Below, one piece after another: positions 10,963-21,277 of a stretch of 64,000 nt of DNA (position 1 is the stretch's first letter; each line of letters starts with the position of its first letter). The notes beneath the pieces were generated by a model. The model saw nothing but the letters and a program-made list of their open reading frames with translations, ran no database searches and was not told where the DNA came from. The position numbers and the translations under genes were made by a program. The DNA comes from Candidatus Heimdallarchaeota archaeon (GTDB lineage: Archaea; Asgardarchaeota; Heimdallarchaeia; Heimdallarchaeales; Heimdallarchaeaceae), in the NCBI GenBank assembly GCA_030603365.1, contig JAUVXV010000003.1, positions 1-64,000 of the forward strand. Direction: 5' to 3'.

Positions 10963-12147
10963 ATGGATGAATATACAATATCAAAAGAAAATCATTTACG
11001 AAGGATTGAAAAAATTAAGAGTTTTATGAACAAAAATGCAATGGGCTCTTTTATCTTCTTCAGCCCATTATCTATCTATTATCTAACTGGATATCATTTT
11101 ATCCCAACTGAAAGACCAATCGCTTTGGTTCTACCGATTGCTGATGAACCATGGTTCTATGTACCTCGATTAGAGCAAGAACATCTAATTGAAAAAATAC
11201 CTTGGGTTGAAAGAGAAATATACTTTGAATATCCTGATAAAAAACATCCCGCAAATATCTTTATTGAGAGACTTGTTGAAAGAAAGATAACTGATGAAAA
11301 AATAGGGATGGAATCTACTACTTTCTCCAGTTACTGGGGATATGAAGGACCAAAATTAGCTGATTTACTTGAAAATAAAGCCAAAACAGAATTACATTCA
11401 ACTCTAATAAGAGAGATAAGAAAAATCAAAGATAGAGAAGAACTTGAGCTGATTAAGATTTCAGCTAAATACGGTGATTTAGCTCATAGGCTGTTGCAGA
11501 AATATACGGTAGAAGGAAAAAATGAGCTAGAGGTTTCTCTTAAGGCATGTACTGAAGCTTCTGATAAGATGCTTGAAGATTTGAAGGGCATCATTCCACG
11601 TGGATTGCTACCTGCACGAGCAGGATATAGAGGACAAATCGGAGCTTGGTCTGCAATTCCTCATTCCGTACTTCAAAAAACCATTTTCAAGAAAGGGGAT
11701 GTTTTGGTTACTGGAGCTTCAGCTAATATATCTGGATATCACTCAGAATTAGAGAGAACCATGTTCATAGGAACTCCTAGTGACAAACAAAAACGTTACT
11801 ATGATATTATGAAAAAATCTCAAGACGCTGCTTTAGAAGCTTTCAAACCAAATATCCCATGTAGTGAGGTAGATAAAGCTGCCAGAGAAGTTTTCAAAGA
11901 TGAAGGAGTCTTCCATCTAGTCCAACATCATACAGGTCATGCTATAGGATTAGAAGGACATGAAGCACCTTTTCTAGATATTGGTGTTGATGAAATTATC
12001 AAACCAGGAATGGTTTTTACATGTGAACCTGGTATCTACGAATACAAATTTGGTGGATTTAGGCATTCAGACACAGTAATAATAACTGAAGATGGATCAG
12101 AACATATAACTCCTTATCCAAGAGATATTGAAGATCTTATTATCTGA
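10963..12147 (+). CDS. Xaa-Pro peptidase family (M24B) protein
   Basis: Creatinase-like N-domain; HHTGHAIGLEGHEAP, CEPGIY, GFRHSDTV. Confidence 0.88.
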   Translation: MDEYTISKENHLRRIEKIKSFMNKNAMGSFIFFSPLSIYYLTGYHFIPTERPIALVLPIADEPWFYVPRLEQEHLIEKIPWVEREIYFEYPDKKHPANIFIERLVERKITDEKIGMESTTFSSYWGYEGPKLADLLENKAKTELHSTLIREIRKIKDREELELIKISAKYGDLAHRLLQKYTVEGKNELEVSLKACTEASDKMLEDLKGIIPRGLLPARAGYRGQIGAWSAIPHSVLQKTIFKKGDVLVTGASANISGYHSELERTMFIGTPSDKQKRYYDIMKKSQDAALEAFKPNIPCSEVDKAAREVFKDEGVFHLVQHHTGHAIGLEGHEAPFLDIGVDEIIKPGMVFTCEPGIYEYKFGGFRHSDTVIITEDGSEHITPYPRDIEDLII

Positions 12148-12165
12148 TGTTTTTTCTTTTTTTCT

Positions 12166-13086
12166 TTATTTTTTACCAGTTAAAATAAACACTTGTTTTT
12201 TACCTATGAAAACTGTCTCTTCTTCTTGAGTTACTGGACTTTTTGTCGATTCAACTAACACAGGATAACCATGAATTATATGGTCATCATGAAGTCTTTT
12301 ATTTGCTTTTTCTATATCTTCTATTGAGAAACCAGCATTATACACCCATCTCCAACTGAAAGGAAGTTTGTGAAAATTAGCATCAATAAATTGGTAAATA
12401 GTGTTAATCTTTGAAGATAAATTATCATTTTTAACTTCTCGAAACTGTTGGAAAATTGTTTCATCACTACTATCTGTAACTCTTCCTATGCCTGTTGTTG
12501 CAAATGGTTCGATAGCATAAGCTTTTCCAATTTTAAAACGATGAGAACTGTCTCTTATTTTTCTTGAAACATTATAGTTTGGGATTGAGATTCCATTATG
12601 TAGAGAATATCGGGCTAAGGAATGACCACTTAGATTAACAATTGGTTTGAATCCTTCATCCTCGATACATTTCTGAACAATTTCACCTATACGAAAAACA
12701 CTTTCATTAGGTTTAATGGCTTTAAGAGCCTCATCCAATGCTTTACGAACTGTATCTTTCATGTGTTGCCATTTTTCATCAAAAATAAAGGTTCTAGCTG
12801 CATCTGTTAGAAAACCGTTTACTGATACTCCTGCATCTATTTTAACAATTGACTTCTCTGGTATTTCACAATCATCATTAATGATGGGAGAATAATGGGC
12901 AGCTACTTCATTGATTGAAATATTTACTGGGAATGCTGGTTTTGCTGAGTGTTTTAGAATGAACTTCTCGGCTTTTTCAGCTATTTCCAATAAAGGAACC
13001 CCCGGTTTGACAGATGTTCCTATGTATGCAAATGTTTTTGCTAGGATTTCGCCTGATTTTGAGTAGTTTTGGAAGGCGTCGGTCAT
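12166..13086 (-). CDS. map: Methionine aminopeptidase type II
   Basis: PAFPVNISINEVAAHY, KIDAG, DAART, NLSGH, AIEPF, with the type II helical insert (LPFSWRW). Confidence 0.92.
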   Translation of the reverse strand: MTDAFQNYSKSGEILAKTFAYIGTSVKPGVPLLEIAEKAEKFILKHSAKPAFPVNISINEVAAHYSPIINDDCEIPEKSIVKIDAGVSVNGFLTDAARTFIFDEKWQHMKDTVRKALDEALKAIKPNESVFRIGEIVQKCIEDEGFKPIVNLSGHSLARYSLHNGISIPNYNVSRKIRDSSHRFKIGKAYAIEPFATTGIGRVTDSSDETIFQQFREVKNDNLSSKINTIYQFIDANFHKLPFSWRWVYNAGFSIEDIEKANKRLHDDHIIHGYPVLVESTKSPVTQEEETVFIGKKQVFILTGKK

Positions 13087-13142
13087 CTATATCGTTACTC
13101 TCTATGTTTTGAACTTTTTTTGTCATATATTATTTTGTGTTG

Positions 13143-13577
13143 TTACAGTTTTTTGTATCCAGAATGCGCTAAAAAAGAATAGAAAGTTTCTCCTAATGCA
13201 GTTGAAATCAAAGTAGTTTTTGTGTTGCCTCTTGTTCCATTAGTTTCAAAGAATCCTATATCACGAAGTTTGGTTATATTCCATTTTGTAGTAGAAAATG
13301 ATATTTCTAGTTTATGTGATATTATCTCTGAAAGCTTATTTAGAGAAAGAAAATTATTTTTCAATATCTTAAAACTGGTAAAGAATATCTTTTTCTGTTT
13401 ACTGTTTAATTGGTCAAAAAGTAAAGTTATACTCTTATTCAATAATTCAAGCAAAAGTAGATTGTCTTTTTCAAGCTCTCTTATTCTCTCTTGCGCAAAG
13501 GCGATCCCTTCTTTTATGTAGTCTGGATTTTCCAGCTGTTCGCTTATGAATTTCGCTGGGGTTAACAAAACGTTCAC
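13143..13577 (-). CDS. Putative winged-helix DNA-binding protein
   Basis: SLNKLSEIIS...ISFSTTKWNITKLRDIGFF...TALG wHTH pattern; divergent from the 13790 operon. Confidence 0.6.
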   Translation of the reverse strand: MNVLLTPAKFISEQLENPDYIKEGIAFAQERIRELEKDNLLLLELLNKSITLLFDQLNSKQKKIFFTSFKILKNNFLSLNKLSEIISHKLEISFSTTKWNITKLRDIGFFETNGTRGNTKTTLISTALGETFYSFLAHSGYKKL

Positions 13578-13789
13578 CTATCATATTTACACCTCTGCTT
13601 TTAGTATGTCACTTTATTGCATGTATGCTTTTATATTTTTCGACTGACAAGTAAGATATAGTTTAAAAATATATTTTTACAAATACAAAATTGTACAATA
13701 AAATCTATATGATTATAGCGTACTATGTACATTCATAGATTTTATAAGATAAACAGGATATCAACTAATATAGAAATATGTGAGGATAA

Positions 13790-15568
13790 ATGAGCACTCA
13801 AGACAACAACCTTTTCCAACCATGTTCTCCCAATGACTTCTATGGTTTGAGAGAAATTCTTAGTGAGTTTAACAAAGTTGTTGAACAAATGAAGAAAGAA
13901 GATGGAAGAACCCATTCAATCCTGGTTGTAGGGAATGAAGGAACAGGGAAAAGCTCTTTGTTAACTAAACTTCATTCAACACTAATAGGAAGAAAGGATC
14001 TCGGTCATTCAATAACTTTAATCCCAGAAGAGAAAATGCTTTTGGAATTTTTTAAGGAATGGAAAAATGCAATTGATGAAATGTCTCCAGACTGGCGTTC
14101 AATATTAGAGAAAGTTGGGAAAAAGCAACTAGGTGATGATTTACCAGCTTTAAAAGAGAAAATCAAGAAACAAAGTTCACAATCTTACACTGAAGTGTGG
14201 GTAAAGTTGTTTTTTGAGAGTCTTGATAAAGTTGATCAAAAACTAAAAGAAACCCAAACAAATCTATATTTCTTCTTTGACAACCTACATCTATTCAAAC
14301 TCATGGATATTCAAGAGTTCTACCCTATCTTTTCAACAATAATTAAGGAAATAGTAGAAAGAAATTATAACATAGTCGTAGTATCGGCCTTCAATGAACG
14401 CTATTTATACGACTTTGATTACGAGAAGAATCTAACAGATAACTCAACTATACTAAGAACAGAAGCTCTATCTGTATCAGAATCTGAAATCTTCTTAAGA
14501 AGAAAAGCACCAGCACTTCTGAACAAAGGGCTCTTAGAACTTGTCACTAATAGTCAAAGATCTTTCTTTGATCTAAATGTAGGAACAAGTTTCATTGAGT
14601 CTGGTTACGGAATTGATGATTTTGTTGAAAGGAATATCCCTGATTTATTCAAACTAGAAGAAGATGAAGAAGCAACCCTTTTAGAAATGTCTTCCTATAA
14701 TGAAAACCTCTTTCTAATTGAACAGTTGACAGCTTATGTCCCACATGAGGCGCTGAAATCGCTTGAAGCCAAAGGTATACTTTGGCTAGGTTCAACACAT
14801 GCAAGATTATATCAAGAATCCTTGCTTACAGCTATGAAATTCAGAATGAGATTATTTAGTCCCTTAACAACTCTAATGGTTTCATTAGATTCAATTTTGG
14901 AAGACTTGGATAAGTTCATTGCTCCCACTGACAGAATAATAGCTCAAGTATCAGATTTAACAACAAAGATACGAGATAGACTTGCAGATTTCGCAATAGC
15001 TGCAAAAATAAAAAGAGTAGCTAATCTGTGTATTCAAAGAAAAATGTTTCAACGAGCTTATGATTTTGCACTAATTAATGCTCAGCAATTTGAACAAATA
15101 AACGAGTTAGAACAAGCGGGAGGGTTTTGTGAGCAGATAGCAAGAGAATTTGAAGAGAAAAACTATTATTTTGCAGCGAAATTATATCTAAAATCTGCTT
15201 CTTATTACAGCGATGTAAAGGAAGATTTGAAAGCTAATAGATCATATGCAAGAGCTGCAGATCAATTTGAAAAACAAGCTATGTCACTCCCAATAGAAAC
15301 CAGTGAGTATGCCATTAGAGGTTACATGAAATCAAGTTTAAACTGCTATAAGAACATGGGAGACAAAAATAATTTTGAAAGAGTCAGAACAAAAGCGATA
15401 GAAATGTATGAGAAAGAAAGCATACATCATAATTACTTTACCAATATGGTATATGTAGAAGAAAAGGAAGAAATAATGGTTCCAGAAGTAGAAATTCCAA
15501 AAGAAGAAGAAGCTGAAAAAGTAGATGAAATTTCTATTGAGAATATCGAAAAGGAGTTAGATTTTTAG
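13790..15568 (+). CDS. STAND/AAA-like P-loop NTPase with C-terminal TPR/alpha-SNAP-like repeats
   Basis: DFYGLRE, Walker A GNEGTGKS, Walker B FFFDN, EALSVSESEIFL, a wHTH-like segment, helical repeats (AAKLYLKSASYY..., RSYARAADQF) and an acidic tail. Confidence 0.72.
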   Translation: MSTQDNNLFQPCSPNDFYGLREILSEFNKVVEQMKKEDGRTHSILVVGNEGTGKSSLLTKLHSTLIGRKDLGHSITLIPEEKMLLEFFKEWKNAIDEMSPDWRSILEKVGKKQLGDDLPALKEKIKKQSSQSYTEVWVKLFFESLDKVDQKLKETQTNLYFFFDNLHLFKLMDIQEFYPIFSTIIKEIVERNYNIVVVSAFNERYLYDFDYEKNLTDNSTILRTEALSVSESEIFLRRKAPALLNKGLLELVTNSQRSFFDLNVGTSFIESGYGIDDFVERNIPDLFKLEEDEEATLLEMSSYNENLFLIEQLTAYVPHEALKSLEAKGILWLGSTHARLYQESLLTAMKFRMRLFSPLTTLMVSLDSILEDLDKFIAPTDRIIAQVSDLTTKIRDRLADFAIAAKIKRVANLCIQRKMFQRAYDFALINAQQFEQINELEQAGGFCEQIAREFEEKNYYFAAKLYLKSASYYSDVKEDLKANRSYARAADQFEKQAMSLPIETSEYAIRGYMKSSLNCYKNMGDKNNFERVRTKAIEMYEKESIHHNYFTNMVYVEEKEEIMVPEVEIPKEEEAEKVDEISIENIEKELDF

Positions 15569-15578
15569 GTGAAATAAA

Positions 15579-17036
15579 ATGTCTGAACGAATAATAAAAG
15601 ATTTAGATAAATTGAGAAGAGATATAGGAAATTTAGATGGAGAGATAACTAATTTCAGAGAATCTCTTGATAATTTGCAAGAATTACACCAGTTCTATCA
15701 GACTTTAGCAACTTTAGTTCAGAATAAGTTCATAGGTCTAAATGAGAAGTTGCGTGCGTTGATAGAGGAAAATAAGAATTCATTAGATGAAACAATTGCT
15801 TCAACTGCTTCTAATGAAAAGAAGCTTCTTGAAGAATGGACAAACACACAAACTGAGTTCGTTGGTAGTAAGTTAGATGCAACAAAAACTGATTTAGAAA
15901 AACTACAAAATTCCATTGTAGCACTTCTAACAGAAAGCAAAAATAATTTTGAGGATTATTCAACATCATTTGGTCAAAAATTAACAACAACATTCGGTTC
16001 CCATGAGAAGGACCTAGAACGATTAGCAAATAATCAAGTTAAGGCTTTTAGAAAAGCTGTAGATGATGTTAAAGAAAATGCAAGTCAAATAAAAACTACA
16101 AACCTCTCAACATTCAAACAGAATACAGAAGATATGAGAAAGCAACTTGAAACCAATATTAACATTGCAGAAAATATTATGCAAGAATCTATAGAACATA
16201 TGCGTTCAGAGTATGGAGATAAACTAACAGAAAACATGGAATCCATATTTGAGAGTTTTAATAGAATAAAAAGTGAACTTGGTCAATTAGTTAATAATGC
16301 TGTTCAAAGAATTCAAGCAGAACTTTCAGGTGTAACAGAAACTATGGATAAATATCTAATTGATGAGATTGCAAAAATACAGGATGTTCTTGCGGAATAT
16401 GAGACTGGAATGATTGATGTAAATGAAGTTACAATGTCTAATTTTAATACTTCAAAAGAATCAATGCTCAATTCTTATGGCAATTTGACAAATGAGCAGT
16501 ACGATCTTCAAAACACAGAGTTATCTGAATTTGAAACAAAGTTCAATAAGGAAGTTGATGGCATTCTCGTTTCTCTATCTGAACAATCTGATACAGTTAA
16601 GAGAGAAATTAAAGAATATGTTTCAAATGAACAAGCAGATGTAAACAGTCATTTTGAAACAGTAATTTCTGATTTATCAACTAAAACTGAAGGAATACAA
16701 AAGGATATAGGCAAAATTGTAAATGAAAAATCTGCAAGCATAGAAGAAGATGTTGTGAGTTTAAAATCATCTCTTGAAAGAACCTCACAACAAATAACAT
16801 CTCAAATTGATTCTTCTCAAAAAGATGCTTCAGCAGCTATAGTTTCATTATCATCAAATGCTAAAAGCAAAATATCAGAAACACAAGATTCAACGATTTC
16901 AGTTCTTGAGATAGAAGCAAAGAGTCATATCAAAGGAGCTGAACAATCAGAGAAACTGAAGAAAGATCTTGTAGGAAAAATAGAGAGACTTGAAAGAACT
17001 CTTGAAATAATGAAGAATGAATTAAATGGATTGTGA
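15579..17036 (+). CDS. All-helical coiled-coil/apolipoprotein-like protein
   Basis: 485 aa with no Pro and continuous amphipathic heptads; AGGTGA RBS; overlaps the next ORF. Confidence 0.75.
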   Translation: MSERIIKDLDKLRRDIGNLDGEITNFRESLDNLQELHQFYQTLATLVQNKFIGLNEKLRALIEENKNSLDETIASTASNEKKLLEEWTNTQTEFVGSKLDATKTDLEKLQNSIVALLTESKNNFEDYSTSFGQKLTTTFGSHEKDLERLANNQVKAFRKAVDDVKENASQIKTTNLSTFKQNTEDMRKQLETNINIAENIMQESIEHMRSEYGDKLTENMESIFESFNRIKSELGQLVNNAVQRIQAELSGVTETMDKYLIDEIAKIQDVLAEYETGMIDVNEVTMSNFNTSKESMLNSYGNLTNEQYDLQNTELSEFETKFNKEVDGILVSLSEQSDTVKREIKEYVSNEQADVNSHFETVISDLSTKTEGIQKDIGKIVNEKSASIEEDVVSLKSSLERTSQQITSQIDSSQKDASAAIVSLSSNAKSKISETQDSTISVLEIEAKSHIKGAEQSEKLKKDLVGKIERLERTLEIMKNELNGL

Positions 17037-20000
17037 TTAAAATGGAATCAACGTTAGAAAAAATTGGTTTATCAAAAGATGAGGTTCAAGTATATTCTAT
17101 AATAGTTCAATACGGATATAGAACTATAGGGCAAATACAGACCTATTACAAACAACCTGCAGATACAATCAAAATCGCACTAACTAGTTTGGCAAGCAAA
17201 GGATACATAAGAGAAATAAAAGCAAAAAATCAAGAAGGAACACCTTATTTTATTCCTCTTCCTCCTCAGATTAAACTGACAGAAGATGTATCCATTCGTC
17301 TAGAAAACGAGCTAAAGGAGTTAAGTGATGATGTAAAAGCAGACTGGAATAAAACAATGAATAATTTCAGAACCCAACTATCATCTTTTCACAATAAAAT
17401 TACTGAAGATGTAGATGGTCATGCTTCTGAAATAACAACAACTGCTACTAAGTTTCTAGAATCATTATCGAGTGTTGTTTCTTCTGGAAAAACTGAATTA
17501 ACAGAAATGATAGAACGACTAAAGTCAGAAACTTGCACTCTTTCTTCAACAAATAGCGATGCTATTGCAAAAACTGCTCAAAGAGTAACAGATAATGTTC
17601 AGACATCGTTTACTTCTACTATCAGTAAGATCGGAGAACATCATGAATCTTTCAAGATAAAAATCGAAGAAACTCTTAGTACACTACAAAAAGAACATGA
17701 TGACAGAACACAATTGCAATTGGAAGCTCTTCTTGCAAAAGTTGAAAATATAAAGGAGAGTTTAGCTGTTCAAGTCCAAGAATTTAACGAATCAGCAGAA
17801 CAACAAAAAGCTGTAATTGATACAATAACTGATGAATCTGTCAAGAAACTTAAAGGTGATTCCAGCACAGTTTCAAGAGGTTCAACAAAAAAACTTTCAG
17901 ACACTGTAAACAAAATAATTACCAACTACGAGAAGAAACTTGATGGTTATCAAGCCAAAGTCAAGCAAATTTTAGTGTCACTCAATGATGAATTGAAGAA
18001 ATTAGAGGATGCTACAACTGATAGAATTAGAACTTCAATCGATAAATCAAAAGAGACAGCTGTAAATATTCTAAAAGCAAATGAGACACAATTTGTAGAT
18101 TTATTGAACACTACCAAGGTTGATTCAGTTGAGAAGTTAGGTGATCTAATAACACAAACTGAAGCAAAAACAGGGGAAATGAAGATCAAATTAAGTAAAG
18201 ATCTAACTTCCTATCTGAAAGATTTCAAGACGAATAGTGATAATCTTCTTTCTATGCTTAATTCAGCTATAGAGAATGGTTTTAATTTATTCGAAGAAAA
18301 TCTATCCTCTTCTATTGAAAACGTAAGTAATCAAATTAAACTATTTGTAGAAGATATAATGTCAGTGTTTAGAGAATCTACTAATACTTATCTAGATAAA
18401 TTATCTAAAACAACTGCTAAATACGAAAAATCCTTAAAAAACAGAAAAGAGAAATTTACTGCTTCGCATGAAGAGTTTAAAGAGGGTTTCAGCAATCACC
18501 TTAATGAACTAAAGACTTCAGTAATTTCAAACATAGAGACAAACATAAAAGATAACGATGAAGCTTTAAAGACTCTATTAACTGAAAAAGAAAACCAATT
18601 TAAATCTGAAGTTGAGATTTTCTTAGATGATTTTTCTAAAAGAGGAAGAGATGTTAGAGATGAAGTTCCTAATTTAGTTCAAATTAACTATCAAGCAAGT
18701 CTTGATAGATTGAATGAACTTGATGATCAGCTTAAATCAGCTATCACCAAAATTGGATCTATAAATGAGGCTTTCCAAGGATTAGAAGAAAAGCAACTTC
18801 AAAGGGTGTTTGGAAAAGAAGAAGGCCCAAAAATGGCTCAGTTAATTGGAAGTATGAATAGAGACATTGAATTAGTAAAAGACAATGTAGAAACCAAAAT
18901 TGGGGAGATGATTCAAACATTCACCAATTCAATGAATTCCTTATCTAACGAGATATTTGATAAGTTAAATACCAAGTTAGAAGATCTTACCAGATTTACT
19001 TCTAACACACTTCTGTCCAATAGTCAGTCCTTTGATGATTCTAGAAATAAAATCACCAATCAATTTAACGCATCATTGCTTGATATGAAGAAAACAATAG
19101 AAGAAACATATGGAATTTATGAAGAACAGTTCAATGAATTGCAAGGAACAAGTACAAAATCCTTAGCTGATGTTGTAGGCGCCGAATCTAAAGCATTTAC
19201 CGATGTAACTAAATCCATTAGTGGGTCCTTGGATGAAATTATACAACCACCGGATACTGCAGATGATGAGCAACAAAATGAAATCCACCAAACAATCAAA
19301 GAAGGTTTAGCTATACTCCAAACTACTAAACAGGAAATATTTGACCTGATGAAGAAAAACAATTCTGAAGTAATAACTAATCTTCAAGAAACTCTAAAAA
19401 CAAATATTGATGAACACTCTCAACTAGTAACTAAAACAACTTCATCAATGGATGGAACAATGAAGTCTCTTCAAAGCGAATTTGATGTAGCAAAGAAAGC
19501 TCTTGACACTGATGTTTCTGTTGCTCTAGATGAAGCTGTAAAGAATTATGGTGTCCAAACAGCAAAAGTAGAAGATGAAATTAATAATCTGATTGAACAG
19601 GAGGTACAACAGTTTATTGAAGGTACAGAAGGTGTTATGGCTGAACTAAATGTTTCTCCTGAAAAATCATCTTTATTGGATGAAGCCATTGCTCATACTA
19701 AAGGAGAACTTCAGAAACTTGGCACTACTTATCCTAACTGGGTGAAAACTGATACTGATTCTTTTGCAACTAATCTGGGGACTATAATAAAAGAATTTCA
19801 AGAAAGTGCTCAAAGAGAATTAGACACATTATACACAACTGTGCAGTCAGATTTGCAGAAATCGTATGAACGAATGGATTCTGATTTTGTAAACAATGGA
19901 ATTGAAATTCAGAATGAATTTGATAAAGAGAAGAATGATTATGAATTGAATATTACTCATCAGATAAATAGTTTTATTACTAATTCAGATTCAAATTCTT

Positions 20001-20812
20001 CAGCTTTAGTAACTAATATTCAAGGTACTAAAGATGCTCTTATAGAGGCTATAACTTCAGGTAATAACGCAGTTAATGCAGATCTTGGCAATTTGGAGAA
20101 GACTCTTACTGATTTATTTAATATATACTTGAATTCACTAAAAGAGAAATTAAATGTTGCAGAAGAAGAATCAAAAGTTGTTGAGTCACAAAAGGACCAA
20201 TATAATTCTAAACTCATGAGTTTCAAAGAAGAATTCATTACAGTTACTCAACAAGAAATAGAAACTATAGATTCGAGTGTTTCGGGTACCCTCAGTTCTA
20301 TTCCAAACAAAATTAGTGGAGCTCTAGACGCTACTAGAGAATCTATGAAACTGATAAGGAGTGTTTTATCACTTGGTTCAGGTATTGAACCTAATCCAAT
20401 AGAAGATATTTGGGTTGTAACTGGTAATGAGCAAGTTAACGGTACAATGATGTCTCTATTGAGGAACACAAAATCTTCAGCAACAATCATTTGCCCACAA
20501 GTTAATTGGATTGATGCAGAATTCATCGAAACTTTTGCTAGAAAGTTAGAAATAGTAACAAATACCTCAGCTCATACTGATGAAGATACAGCTATCTTAG
20601 GTAAATTGTTAGGAATGGGAAATGTAGTTGTTAAGGATGACCCTAATCTAACAGTTATGATGGCAACAAGAGATGGAATTGAAGAAGGTTTCTTAGGGCA
20701 CAAGACTCCAAGCGGAGATCCTCTGTTAATTGTTACTTTTAATGAAGAAATGGTCAGAGAAATAACTAAGATTTACTATGATTACCGAAGTAGAGCACCT
20801 CTACGGCAATAG
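17033..20812 (+). CDS. TrmB-type wHTH protein with very long helical insertion and C-terminal TrmB/PLD-fold domain
   Basis: N-terminal LEKIGLSKDEVQVY...LASKGYI..TPYFIPLPP (TrmB HTH), about 1000 aa helical region, C-terminal IWVVTGNEQV..MSLLRNTKSSATIICP. Likely start ATG17042. Confidence 0.75.
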   Translation: MIKMESTLEKIGLSKDEVQVYSIIVQYGYRTIGQIQTYYKQPADTIKIALTSLASKGYIREIKAKNQEGTPYFIPLPPQIKLTEDVSIRLENELKELSDDVKADWNKTMNNFRTQLSSFHNKITEDVDGHASEITTTATKFLESLSSVVSSGKTELTEMIERLKSETCTLSSTNSDAIAKTAQRVTDNVQTSFTSTISKIGEHHESFKIKIEETLSTLQKEHDDRTQLQLEALLAKVENIKESLAVQVQEFNESAEQQKAVIDTITDESVKKLKGDSSTVSRGSTKKLSDTVNKIITNYEKKLDGYQAKVKQILVSLNDELKKLEDATTDRIRTSIDKSKETAVNILKANETQFVDLLNTTKVDSVEKLGDLITQTEAKTGEMKIKLSKDLTSYLKDFKTNSDNLLSMLNSAIENGFNLFEENLSSSIENVSNQIKLFVEDIMSVFRESTNTYLDKLSKTTAKYEKSLKNRKEKFTASHEEFKEGFSNHLNELKTSVISNIETNIKDNDEALKTLLTEKENQFKSEVEIFLDDFSKRGRDVRDEVPNLVQINYQASLDRLNELDDQLKSAITKIGSINEAFQGLEEKQLQRVFGKEEGPKMAQLIGSMNRDIELVKDNVETKIGEMIQTFTNSMNSLSNEIFDKLNTKLEDLTRFTSNTLLSNSQSFDDSRNKITNQFNASLLDMKKTIEETYGIYEEQFNELQGTSTKSLADVVGAESKAFTDVTKSISGSLDEIIQPPDTADDEQQNEIHQTIKEGLAILQTTKQEIFDLMKKNNSEVITNLQETLKTNIDEHSQLVTKTTSSMDGTMKSLQSEFDVAKKALDTDVSVALDEAVKNYGVQTAKVEDEINNLIEQEVQQFIEGTEGVMAELNVSPEKSSLLDEAIAHTKGELQKLGTTYPNWVKTDTDSFATNLGTIIKEFQESAQRELDTLYTTVQSDLQKSYERMDSDFVNNGIEIQNEFDKEKNDYELNITHQINSFITNSDSNSSALVTNIQGTKDALIEAITSGNNAVNADLGNLEKTLTDLFNIYLNSLKEKLNVAEEESKVVESQKDQYNSKLMSFKEEFITVTQQEIETIDSSVSGTLSSIPNKISGALDATRESMKLIRSVLSLGSGIEPNPIEDIWVVTGNEQVNGTMMSLLRNTKSSATIICPQVNWIDAEFIETFARKLEIVTNTSAHTDEDTAILGKLLGMGNVVVKDDPNLTVMMATRDGIEEGFLGHKTPSGDPLLIVTFNEEMVREITKIYYDYRSRAPLRQ

Positions 20813-20908
20813 TTAATCTCTTTTTCTTATTTTTCCTATTTTTCTTACAGTACTTCTGTAAAATTTTTATGTGCATACTCTGTTAGTATATTGAAGGCGT
20901 AGATTCGA

Positions 20909-21274
20909 ATGTGGAGAATGCAACCATGTCCCATGCATAGAGAGATTGAAAATACTACTTATTGCGTGTTAGATAACGAGTTTGAAATGATACTTTTGAT
21001 TTCATTCTATGATCCAGAAGAACTCTTCGCAGCTGATCTTGATGAATTTGTAAATCCAACATTTTGTTTAAATGCTGTCGAAACCGATGATGAGGGTTTT
21101 ATTTTCTGTCCAACCAAGAGAAGAAGAATAGAAATAAGAGAAAAACCTATCCCTCAGAAAGTATATGAGAACACAAGAGAGACTTTGCTTTTCATGGACC
21201 CAGATGCTATAAGTTGTTCTGATTGTTTGTACAAAGCATTTGTTACCTTAATAAAAAGTTTGGAAGAGATGTAA
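20909..21274 (+). CDS. Small Cys-rich hypothetical protein
   Basis: CPMH, C, C, CP and CSDC in 121 aa. Confidence 0.65.
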   Translation: MWRMQPCPMHREIENTTYCVLDNEFEMILLISFYDPEELFAADLDEFVNPTFCLNAVETDDEGFIFCPTKRRRIEIREKPIPQKVYENTRETLLFMDPDAISCSDCLYKAFVTLIKSLEEM

Positions 21275-21277
21275 TTA

